Below are positions 16,178 through 24,000 of a stretch of DNA of 24,000 nucleotides, one piece after another; position 1 is the stretch's first letter; the number at the start of each line of letters is the position of its first letter. The position numbers and the translations under genes are program-made. The notes beneath the pieces are model-generated. The model saw nothing but the letters and a program-made list of their open reading frames with translations. It searched no databases and was not told the DNA's origin. The DNA is from Tamlana flava (GTDB lineage: Bacteria; Bacteroidota; Bacteroidia; Flavobacteriales; Flavobacteriaceae), in the NCBI RefSeq assembly GCF_041287255.1, contig NZ_JBGGTX010000002.1, forward strand, positions 44,134 to 68,133. The letters run 5' to 3'.

Positions 16178-16651
16178 TTACTTTACTAGTTCATTGGCTT
16201 TTTCGTAAACCAAGTGCGATTCCCAGCCCCTATATAACAGATAATCGATCAACTTCTTCCGTTTCTTAAAAACATTACTTTCTTTTAACGTGGAAGCTTT
16301 TTTTTCGGCTAGCACATTAAAAACCTCGATATAATCAACATTTTCAATTTCAGTAAGTCCTTTATTTATATTAACTTTGTCTATGTCTTTTTTCTTGAGT
16401 TCATAAGTTAAACGGCATCTTCCCCATTTCTTGATATTGAATTTCCCCTTTACAAATGCTCTGGCAAAACGTTCTTCGTTTAGAAAGTTATGCTCTATTA
16501 AGTGCACTATTATTATGTCTTTTGCTTCAGGAATCATGTGCATTTCTTGAAGTTTCTGCTTAACTTCTTTGTGACAACGTTCTTGATATACACAATAGTT
16601 TTCAAGCTTTTTTTTAGCTTCATCTAAAGTGTACGTATGTTTTTTAACCAT
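16178..16651 (-). CDS. recX: RecX family regulatory protein
   Basis: 157 aa. KLENYCVYQERCHKEVKQKL and the repeated helical modules ending YLLYRGW are typical of Bacteroidota RecX. Confidence 0.8.
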   Translation of the reverse strand: MVKKHTYTLDEAKKKLENYCVYQERCHKEVKQKLQEMHMIPEAKDIIIVHLIEHNFLNEERFARAFVKGKFNIKKWGRCRLTYELKKKDIDKVNINKGLTEIENVDYIEVFNVLAEKKASTLKESNVFKKRKKLIDYLLYRGWESHLVYEKANELVK

Positions 16652-16704
16652 TTGAGTAAAGGTAAAGAGAATCGATTAATAGCAAATCTGAATTTTTATT
16701 TTAC

Positions 16705-16712
16705 CAAATCTA
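16705..16712 (-). promoter_or_regulatory. Candidate -7 box (TAGATTTG on the minus strand) for recX
   Basis: Plus-strand CAAATCTA is the reverse complement of TAGATTTG, an exact TAnnTTTG match. It lies about 54 nt upstream of the recX ATG. Confidence 0.3.
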
Positions 16713-16730
16713 AAAATTAAACTTGACTAA

Positions 16731-19007
16731 ATGAAAAAAGTATTTTTAATTATTATAGCCTTTTTATGTGCTGGTTTAATACATTCCCAAGAAATCGCCT
16801 CATTTAGCTCTTTAGCCAATTCTGGCTGTAGTGGCACTATTTATAGCGATTCCGATATTACAACAAGTGGCATATGTAGAAGTTCGGACATTGTTGAAAA
16901 CACGGGATTAACATACAATTCTAGACGTTGGACTACAGCTACAACGTTAGACCTTAATGACTATTTGGAGTGGACCATAACACCAAACGCAGGTCATCAA
17001 ATCGATTTAACAACCATGGACATTACTTATGATCGGAGTCCTATGGATGGGCCAACAAAGGTTGATATCCAAGTTAACACGGGTTCTGGTTTTGTGTCAA
17101 TATTTACAGATGCTGTCGTTTCTCCTTCAGGTGAAGACAACAATGGCATTGATTTATCGGCATATACAAATGTAACTGCAACTATCACTTTTAGGTTATA
17201 TGCTTTTCAAGCTGGGTCAGATTTAGGGACATTTGATATTCAAGAAAATACAACTTCTAACAAAGGGATTATCATAAACGGAACGGTATCTCCGTTCTGT
17301 TCTTCTACCGTAACGTGGGATGGTACAGTATGGAGCAATGGTACGGGACCAGACTTAACTACCGAGGCCATATTGAATGCTAGTTACAACACAACTGTTA
17401 ATGGTGGAAGCTTTAGCGCATGCAGCTTAACAGTTAATTCAGGGGCTACGCTAACTGTTGATAACGGAACTTTTGTTGAAGTGGAAAACGATGTTACTGT
17501 TGATGGCAGTTTGATTGTGCAAACACAAGGTAATTTTGTGCAAAATGACGATGCTGGAACATTTACAAACAACGGTCTTTCAAGAGTAAACAAACAAACA
17601 GCAACAAAAGCCGCTTGGTATTATTACACTTATTGGAGTTCACCTGTGATGGGAGAGACTATTGGTAGTGTTTTCCCAGATGTTGATGGAGACCGCCGCT
17701 TTTTGTTTAATGCTGCAAACTTTGTCGACAACGATGGTAATGACATTGATGATAATGGTGATGACTGGCAACCTGCTTACTCGGGAGACACTATGACCCC
17801 AGGTGTTGGTTATGCGGTTACTGAATCTCGTTTTTTCTTTGGTGGCTCTGGTACTGCTTCCTTTGAAGGTGAATTCAATACTGGAGATGTAGATGTGAAC
17901 ATAACTTACAATGTTGCAAATACAGGAATGAAATGGAACTTTATAGGCAACCCATACCCTTCTGCCATTGATTTTGTGGCTTTCCATGCGGCAAACTCCT
18001 CTGTAGTCGATGGTGTCGCTTATTTTTGGTCGCAAGCTACTCCACCTGATAGCGCTAATCCAGGGAACCAAGATTTAAATTTTAGTAATAACGATTATGC
18101 TACATATACCGTTGGAGTTGGTGGTGCAGCAGGTGGTGGTCCTGACACTCCCGACCAATTCATCCCATCTGCACAAGGCTTTTTTATTGCGGCAGTAACC
18201 AACGGAACGGCCACATTTACTAATGCTATGCGTATGGCTGATGGAATAAGTAACACTCAATTTTTTAGAGGTTCTGGTTCAAAAAAGAAATCCCATAGCC
18301 TTGTGGAAAACAGACTATGGGTGAATTTAACTTCGGATAATGGAGTGTTCAATCAAATATTAGTTGGCTATGTTAATGGCGCAACTAATGGAAATGATGG
18401 TTTAGCCTATGATGCACCTAGGCTAATTACTCCTGACGCTCCCTCGGTTTTATATACTTCAATGGAGGAAAACAATAAAAAATACGTCATCCAAGGTAAA
18501 AACATCAACAGTATTAACGAAGATGAAGTCATCAAACTTGGTTTTAGCACCAAAATTGATGTGGCAACACTTTACAAATTATCTATAGCCCAACTAGAAG
18601 GTGATTTTTTAAGCAGCAACAATGTTTATTTAAAAGATAATTTGCTAAATAGTGTTCACGATTTATCTCTTTCAGATTACACCTTTACTTCTGAGGTTGG
18701 TGAATTTAACAACCGTTTTGAAATCGTGTTTAAACAGGAAGCACTTTCTACGGATTTTGATTTGGCAAATGCAAATAGTTTAAAAATTGTTGAGTTATAT
18801 AACCATGATGTTCGGTTTACAACTTCCAACAACTTAAAAATTAAAGCGGTTAATATTTACGATTTATTTGGCAGACAGTTGTATCAACTTAAAGGGCAAA
18901 ATACTTCCGAAACTTATACACTATCAAATTTAAAAAGCACGGTTTATATAGCAAAGGTTGAACTTTCCAATGGAGCCATTGTTACTAAAAAGGCTATAAA
19001 GAAATAA
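16731..19007 (+). CDS. Large secreted protein with a T9SS C-terminal sorting domain (cargo of unknown function)
   Basis: The signal peptide is MKKVFLIIIAFLCAGLIHSQ. The C-terminal roughly 75 aa (VNIYDLFGRQLYQLKG...YIAKVELSNGAIVTKKAIKK) matches the Por secretion tail pattern. An Asp-rich DNDGNDIDDNGDD motif is present. Confidence 0.8.
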   Translation: MKKVFLIIIAFLCAGLIHSQEIASFSSLANSGCSGTIYSDSDITTSGICRSSDIVENTGLTYNSRRWTTATTLDLNDYLEWTITPNAGHQIDLTTMDITYDRSPMDGPTKVDIQVNTGSGFVSIFTDAVVSPSGEDNNGIDLSAYTNVTATITFRLYAFQAGSDLGTFDIQENTTSNKGIIINGTVSPFCSSTVTWDGTVWSNGTGPDLTTEAILNASYNTTVNGGSFSACSLTVNSGATLTVDNGTFVEVENDVTVDGSLIVQTQGNFVQNDDAGTFTNNGLSRVNKQTATKAAWYYYTYWSSPVMGETIGSVFPDVDGDRRFLFNAANFVDNDGNDIDDNGDDWQPAYSGDTMTPGVGYAVTESRFFFGGSGTASFEGEFNTGDVDVNITYNVANTGMKWNFIGNPYPSAIDFVAFHAANSSVVDGVAYFWSQATPPDSANPGNQDLNFSNNDYATYTVGVGGAAGGGPDTPDQFIPSAQGFFIAAVTNGTATFTNAMRMADGISNTQFFRGSGSKKKSHSLVENRLWVNLTSDNGVFNQILVGYVNGATNGNDGLAYDAPRLITPDAPSVLYTSMEENNKKYVIQGKNINSINEDEVIKLGFSTKIDVATLYKLSIAQLEGDFLSSNNVYLKDNLLNSVHDLSLSDYTFTSEVGEFNNRFEIVFKQEALSTDFDLANANSLKIVELYNHDVRFTTSNNLKIKAVNIYDLFGRQLYQLKGQNTSETYTLSNLKSTVYIAKVELSNGAIVTKKAIKK

Positions 19008-19030
19008 CTAAAACAAAATTCTAAAAACTA

Positions 19031-19067
19031 AAACCGCTCGCAATATTCTGTTGCGGGCGGTTTTTTT
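19031..19067. terminator. Bidirectional rho-independent terminator between the T9SS cargo gene (+) and the TonB-dependent receptor (-)
   Basis: The stem AAACCGCTCGCAA / TTGCGGGCGGTTT has one G-U pair and a 7-nt loop, and is followed by T7. Confidence 0.8.
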
Positions 19068-19070
19068 ATA

Positions 19071-21482
19071 TCATAAACTATACTTTAACGCCAAAATAAA
19101 GTTGCGCCCGGGTGCAGCAATCCCAGAAGAATAGGTTTTATAGCGTTGATCGGTGATGTTTTCTAAACTCGCCGTTAAAGTAGCCGAGCGATTAATTTCA
19201 AATTGAGTCCTAAAATTAAGCGTATACCATGACGGGCTATATGGATTTCCGTTTTCATCCAAAGCATAGATGTAATCCTTCTCAATTTCGGAAGGCGCCA
19301 ATTGATCGAAAGATAAATCGCCATTATAGTTGGCAAATAAGTCTAATTTTACATCATTTAACAACCAGATTAAATGTGTGTTTCCAAAATTTGGAGCCAC
19401 ATGTCTAATGGGAACTTCTATATTTCCAGCCGTTTCTGTACCCCCAATAATACTGTATTGTGAGGTTAATTTTAATTTGGGTGTTATGGGCATTTTTAAG
19501 GCTATTTCAAAACCATGTATCCAAGCTTTTGATGCATTTTGAATAGCCTGTACATTGCTTAATTCACCATCATATTTAATCTCCGTTGCGCCATTTAATG
19601 TATAGTCCCGTCGCACCAAAGCGTTATCTAAATAGGTGTAATAGGTGCTCATGTCTAGCACCAATTTATCATCAAAATTCAATTTTAAACCAACTTCCCC
19701 GCCATAGGCATATTCAGGTCTTAAATTTTCGTTTGGCACCACAACTGAGCCTGGCTCAGAATCAAATACTTTACCAACATCATCTATATTTGGTGCCCTA
19801 AAGGCCGATGATGCATTCAGTTTCCATTGTATATTACTGTTTGGCGACCAACTTATACCTGCAGTTCCATTAAGTGAACCTGCCGTACTTTTTGAGGATA
19901 TGAAAGGCAAATCTAAATACATATTGTTTTCTGTGAAATCTGCACTAGAAACCACATGATTGAACCGCAATCCTGATTGAAAGACAAATTTTGGATTGGG
20001 CTTATATTTAATACTGGAATAAATAGCAGCAGCTTGCCAAGTTGCTCCATTTGGGTATCGTGAAACTGTTGGCATTATGGTGTTAGTATCAATATTTTCT
20101 TCTTGCCCGTTTGAATTTACCTTGTTATAAATATACTCGGCACCGTAAAAAAATTGCGTTTTAAGGCTTAATGTTTTTTCAAAATCCAAACTGATGGAAT
20201 AGGCATTAACAGCTTCATTACGAATGTTCCTAGTTGATGACCGAAAATTTCTATCCATCCTACTTTCCTGAAAATTTTGATAAGCCATGGTAGCTTTTAT
20301 CTTGTCGTATAAATTCGAACTACTGCTCAGTTTGGTAATCTGCAAATTGCCCATAAACCAGTTTTGTGGGCCATAATTCCATTCTGCAGAGCGTAACTCA
20401 CTGTTTCGGTATCGAATCAATCGGTCATATCTGGGCACATCTGAAGTTGTGGAATAGAACAAACCCAAATCAAAACTTAAATTCTCATAGGGTTCGTACC
20501 GTACTTTTTGCATCAAGTTCAGCTGATTATACCCAGTATATTTTTGAATTAAAGGATTACTATTTTGAATAATGACATCGCCCTCACTGGTTTCAATCAC
20601 AAATTCTGGTCGTAAATACTCGTCGGGCCCATGTCTTCCCATTTTTAAATCACCAAAACTTGAATAACTGGTATTGGTAATAAAAGCCCATTTTTTGCAA
20701 CCTAGATTAAAATCAAAATGCCCTGTTTTTTCATCATTCGCAGAACTGTACCTCACCAAAGCATTTGATTGGAACAACAGCGAATCGGTATACGAAGGTT
20801 TAGGCTTTTGCGTATAAAAGCTCATAACCCCGCCTATGGCATCACTTCCGTAAATAACGGAGCCAGAGCCCAAAGTGACCTCGGTGTGCTCAACAGAAAA
20901 CGGATCTACAGAAATAACATTTTGCAAATTTCCTCCTCTAAAAATGGCATTGTTCATGCGAACGCCATCAACAGTGATTAATAATCTATTAGTAGAAAAC
21001 CCACGTATCATAGGGCTGCCTCCACCCAACTGACTCTTTTGAATGTAGACCTGGCCAGTATTTTCCAATAAATCGGCGCTGGTTTGGGGATTTGAAAATG
21101 CAACATGTTCTGCGCTTTCTCGTACTATTTTTTGAGGGATGTCCTTTTTGTTCTGTTTGAATTTTGAAGCCGAAATAACTATTTCCTCCAATCCTTGGGT
21201 ATTTGATACCAAAAACACACGGTTAGATTTCCCTATTTGTTTCTTGGTCAGTTTTTTTAAAACATGAGATAAATGCTTAAAATAAATGGTTTCATCATCT
21301 GAAAAAACGTCGAGTTCGGCTTCACCTCTAAAATTGGTTATCACGCTTTTAGATTTATCGATATTATAAATAGCAACACCAAAAATGGGTTCTTTGGTCA
21401 CACTATTAAGCACTTTAATGTTTTGGCCTTGAAAAGAAATATATATATGTAAAAAAAAGAAAAGTAAATAATGAGACTTCAT
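19071..21482 (-). CDS. TonB-dependent outer-membrane receptor with an N-terminal carboxypeptidase-regulatory-like domain
   Basis: The plug region is GGGSPMIRGFSTNRLLITVDGVRMNN..GSDAIGGV. A long beta-barrel ends in ...RNFILALKYSL. The signal peptide is followed by a CarbopepD_reg-like segment. The substrate is unknown. Confidence 0.9.
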   Translation of the reverse strand: MKSHYLLFFFLHIYISFQGQNIKVLNSVTKEPIFGVAIYNIDKSKSVITNFRGEAELDVFSDDETIYFKHLSHVLKKLTKKQIGKSNRVFLVSNTQGLEEIVISASKFKQNKKDIPQKIVRESAEHVAFSNPQTSADLLENTGQVYIQKSQLGGGSPMIRGFSTNRLLITVDGVRMNNAIFRGGNLQNVISVDPFSVEHTEVTLGSGSVIYGSDAIGGVMSFYTQKPKPSYTDSLLFQSNALVRYSSANDEKTGHFDFNLGCKKWAFITNTSYSSFGDLKMGRHGPDEYLRPEFVIETSEGDVIIQNSNPLIQKYTGYNQLNLMQKVRYEPYENLSFDLGLFYSTTSDVPRYDRLIRYRNSELRSAEWNYGPQNWFMGNLQITKLSSSSNLYDKIKATMAYQNFQESRMDRNFRSSTRNIRNEAVNAYSISLDFEKTLSLKTQFFYGAEYIYNKVNSNGQEENIDTNTIMPTVSRYPNGATWQAAAIYSSIKYKPNPKFVFQSGLRFNHVVSSADFTENNMYLDLPFISSKSTAGSLNGTAGISWSPNSNIQWKLNASSAFRAPNIDDVGKVFDSEPGSVVVPNENLRPEYAYGGEVGLKLNFDDKLVLDMSTYYTYLDNALVRRDYTLNGATEIKYDGELSNVQAIQNASKAWIHGFEIALKMPITPKLKLTSQYSIIGGTETAGNIEVPIRHVAPNFGNTHLIWLLNDVKLDLFANYNGDLSFDQLAPSEIEKDYIYALDENGNPYSPSWYTLNFRTQFEINRSATLTASLENITDQRYKTYSSGIAAPGRNFILALKYSL

Positions 21483-21484
21483 GT

Positions 21485-22204
21485 TTAGCTAAAAACTTGA
21501 TTAAATACCTGCAGCGACTTGGGAACCTTAAAGCTTCCTAAATGTAGTTCATAATATAACAATATTATACTTAAAAACGCTTGTCTTTGTTTGGCATTGA
21601 TTTTTATATCAGGTAAAGCATCAAATGTTGTGCCCAATAAAGTTTTTAGCAGTGTTAAATTTTCGCCACTAATACTGTATTTATTACTTGCCTTTTGCTC
21701 GAATCTTCCTTCGTATAGATTAAATAAAGGATAGTCCACATCGCTCATTTCAGGATAAAAACCCAAATATTTTGTGAGTTTCAGAAGGAACAACAAATGA
21801 AATTTTGAATACTCGGCTTGAGAGTCCAACCATAAAAGTGTGCTTTCCAAAAAACTATAAAGTGTTTCATTCGGTTCCTCTTCCTGAAGTGTGCTCGACA
21901 ACACTTCCGCTATAAACATTACAATAGCACTTTTTAAAACATGGGTATGTAAACTATTGTAAATGAAATTTGGTTTAGCTTCCTTAATGGCCTGTAACGA
22001 CCTCGTATTTTTATGAATCAGTACGAGTTGCAATTGGGAAAGTAGTTGAAAATAAGCCACTTTGGCATTTCCCTTTTTACTTTTTAAGACACCACATAAC
22101 AGAAAACTCACCACCCCAAGCTGTTGGGAGTAACATTTTACAATGAGGTCGTTATCCTTATATCTTAATTTTGAAAGAACAATGGCGTTTGTAGTAATAA
22201 GCAT
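21485..22204 (-). CDS. recO: DNA repair/recombination mediator RecO
   Basis: 239 aa. The N-terminal OB-fold start MLITTNAIVLSKLRYKDNDLIVKCYSQQLG is typical of RecO. The size and helical C-terminal half are consistent. Confidence 0.8.
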   Translation of the reverse strand: MLITTNAIVLSKLRYKDNDLIVKCYSQQLGVVSFLLCGVLKSKKGNAKVAYFQLLSQLQLVLIHKNTRSLQAIKEAKPNFIYNSLHTHVLKSAIVMFIAEVLSSTLQEEEPNETLYSFLESTLLWLDSQAEYSKFHLLFLLKLTKYLGFYPEMSDVDYPLFNLYEGRFEQKASNKYSISGENLTLLKTLLGTTFDALPDIKINAKQRQAFLSIILLYYELHLGSFKVPKSLQVFNQVFS

Positions 22205-24000
22205 TAGCGTACCACCATTAATTTTAAAACTTTAGTTTCGTAGCTTTCCAAATCGGAAAGCATTATTAAATACACCCCAGAAGCCACAACATTGTTGGCT
22301 AGGTTCTTTCCATTCCAATAGGCCGTACCACCATCAATCTCTAAATTATAACCAGAATATCTTTGATTAGTGCTTGACTGTGCTTCGGCAACCAGATTAC
22401 CTTCAATATCCGTGATTTTGATATTAACGTTTTCCGATATGTCCTTAATCTTTACCTTTTCATCAACAATATTAAATCCGGGCCTAACGGGGTTTGGATA
22501 TGCATAGGCACTTTCCAAATCTTCAAAAGGGCTTGACCCTCCCGAACGAAATGACACTAAGCCTTTAGTTGTGGCAATATATACAATACCATTAACTTCG
22601 TCCAAAGAAATGTCTCTGATGCTATTTGATGGCAAAGGAGAATTATCTTTTGTAAAGTGATATATGGTCTTTTGACCATTTGGTGAAAAATAAAACAGCC
22701 CAGAATCAACTGTTCCTATCCACTTGTTATTCGAGCCATCAACCTTAATATCTGTGATATATTGTTGGAATAATAATTCTTTTGCAATACCATCTTCCTC
22801 TATAATGATTTCGTCTACGCTGGGATTGTTATCATCAAAAAAATTGGAGGTGTTGTACAAAACTCGTAAACCAACTACAGTTCCAATCCATAACTGGTTC
22901 CTTTTATCCATGGCCAAAGCACTTGCATACTTGGTTGGCATATTTTCATCGTCCTGATAAATAGCCTTCATTGTTTTGCTGCCATTTTTTTCATTAAAAG
23001 CTATTACTCCGTAATTGTAACTAGAAACCCATTTGATTTGATTGTTGTCTATAACGATATCACTAAATCCATTATTGCTATTTGCATTTGGTATAATCCC
23101 ATCTAAAGCATAGGATTTCCATTGGTTGTTCGATGGATTATATGATTTTAATTGATTTTCAACAAGTCCCATTGTTAACCATAAAATTCCATTATTATCA
23201 AAAGCTGAAGCACCTACTCTAATATCTATAGAGCTTGGGTTGTTAGGATCAACTAAAGATTCCAAACCACTATTCGATACGTCATACAAAATGGTTGGGA
23301 CATTGTCGTTAACTTCTAATAATCCGCTAAAAAAAGAACTGATAAATACTTGATTATTGCTAAAGGGATTGACGGCAATTTTGTTTAAACATTTGGCCTC
23401 GAAAATTTCGTCATATTCAGTGTTTATCCACCCACCATCTTTAAAATGGCTTATGCCTCTTCTGTTTAAGGGATAAGGGTTGTAAAAAAAATCGTATTCT
23501 CCAAAGCTAACCCATAAACCATTTGGTTCTGTTTGGAGTGAAAAAGGCGTATTTAAAAGAGGCCCTTGGGGGTGAACTTCTTCAAGGGTGGCAGAGTCCG
23601 TAATAGATGTTCTTAAAATTCCAAAATCATTGGTGCCAATAAAGATGTTTTCAGAATTTATTGTTGCACAGCTATAATTAGTAGTAAAAGTAGGATCTAT
23701 TACAACTTGTGATAAAATATTGAAATTGGAATCATAAACAAATACCTCATTTAGCGTTGTAACTATTAAGTTTCCATCATAAACTCTTAAATCTTGAGGA
23801 ATGCGAGAATAAGTAAACATTTCGTTAAATGAATCATTTATAATTTGGTATATTTTTCTATTTGTATTTATTGCGTAAAGTCTGTCTTGTTGGGCTTCAA
23901 TAGAAAGCCAATCACCAGTATTGATTGATTGCCAATTTTGAAAATCAATTAAATTAGGGCTAGAAACCAATGCTTTTTTTATTCCATTACCTCCACGGCA
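22204..24000 (-). CDS. Beta-propeller (two-component-regulator-propeller type repeats) protein with a T9SS C-terminal domain, PorZ-like; the N-terminus lies outside the window
   Basis: The reading frame stays open to the window edge; the track's M at 23970 is a TTG in a continuing frame. Propeller blades of the W..T..GL type recur. The C-terminal YAYPNPVRPG...GVYLIMLSD...KLMVVR is a T9SS CTD-like tail. Confidence 0.6.
   Translation of the reverse strand, partial: CRGGNGIKKALVSSPNLIDFQNWQSINTGDWLSIEAQQDRLYAINTNRKIYQIINDSFNEMFTYSRIPQDLRVYDGNLIVTTLNEVFVYDSNFNILSQVVIDPTFTTNYSCATINSENIFIGTNDFGILRTSITDSATLEEVHPQGPLLNTPFSLQTEPNGLWVSFGEYDFFYNPYPLNRRGISHFKDGGWINTEYDEIFEAKCLNKIAVNPFSNNQVFISSFFSGLLEVNDNVPTILYDVSNSGLESLVDPNNPSSIDIRVGASAFDNNGILWLTMGLVENQLKSYNPSNNQWKSYALDGIIPNANSNNGFSDIVIDNNQIKWVSSYNYGVIAFNEKNGSKTMKAIYQDDENMPTKYASALAMDKRNQLWIGTVVGLRVLYNTSNFFDDNNPSVDEIIIEEDGIAKELLFQQYITDIKVDGSNNKWIGTVDSGLFYFSPNGQKTIYHFTKDNSPLPSNSIRDISLDEVNGIVYIATTKGLVSFRSGGSSPFEDLESAYAYPNPVRPGFNIVDEKVKIKDISENVNIKITDIEGNLVAEAQSSTNQRYSGYNLEIDGGTAYWNGKNLANNVVASGVYLIMLSDLESYETKVLKLMVVR

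Noticed and set aside
17640-18071. 143-aa ORF antisense to the T9SS cargo gene, plus the neighbouring 61-69-aa antisense ORFs
   Set aside because: It is embedded in a well-supported 758-aa frame that has a signal peptide and a CTD. It has no motif, no promoter box and no independent support.

Overview
This is an AT-rich chromosomal segment that looks like a Flavobacteriia (Bacteroidota) genome. The supporting signs are TAnnTTTG-type -7 promoter boxes at the expected distance from several starts, two proteins with T9SS C-terminal sorting domains, a stand-alone atpD-atpC pair, and REP-like hairpin repeats.

Gene content, in order:
- atpD-atpC.
- A divergently transcribed SOS-type module: an XRE-HTH/S24-peptidase LexA-like repressor facing a DnaE2-like polymerase and a Y-family polymerase.
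- A small minus-strand operon: DUF2975 membrane protein, YozG-like HTH, secreted protein.
- A biotin cluster: bioF, a DUF2007/zinc-ribbon ORF, bioD, bioA, a KAS I/II-like condensing enzyme, bioB.
- A JmjC/cupin oxygenase, a small beta-barrel OMP and recX.
- A large T9SS cargo protein.
- A tightly packed minus-strand run: propeller/T9SS-CTD protein (PorZ-like, runs off the window), recO, TonB-dependent receptor.

I saw no tRNA, rRNA, CRISPR, transposase, integrase or recognisable defence genes.

Observations most worth follow-up:
1. An intact Cys-His-His ketoacyl synthase and a translationally coupled DUF2007/Zn-ribbon protein sit inside a biotin cluster, and the window has no bioC/bioH-type pimelate genes.
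2. The SOS cassette lacks ImuA, has an unusual gene order, and has two related 6-3-6 palindromes over its divergent promoters.
3. Two perfect 18-bp phased direct repeats lie between the DUF2975/HTH operon and bioF.

All motif coordinates were counted by hand. All family assignments rest on motif recognition, not on searches.
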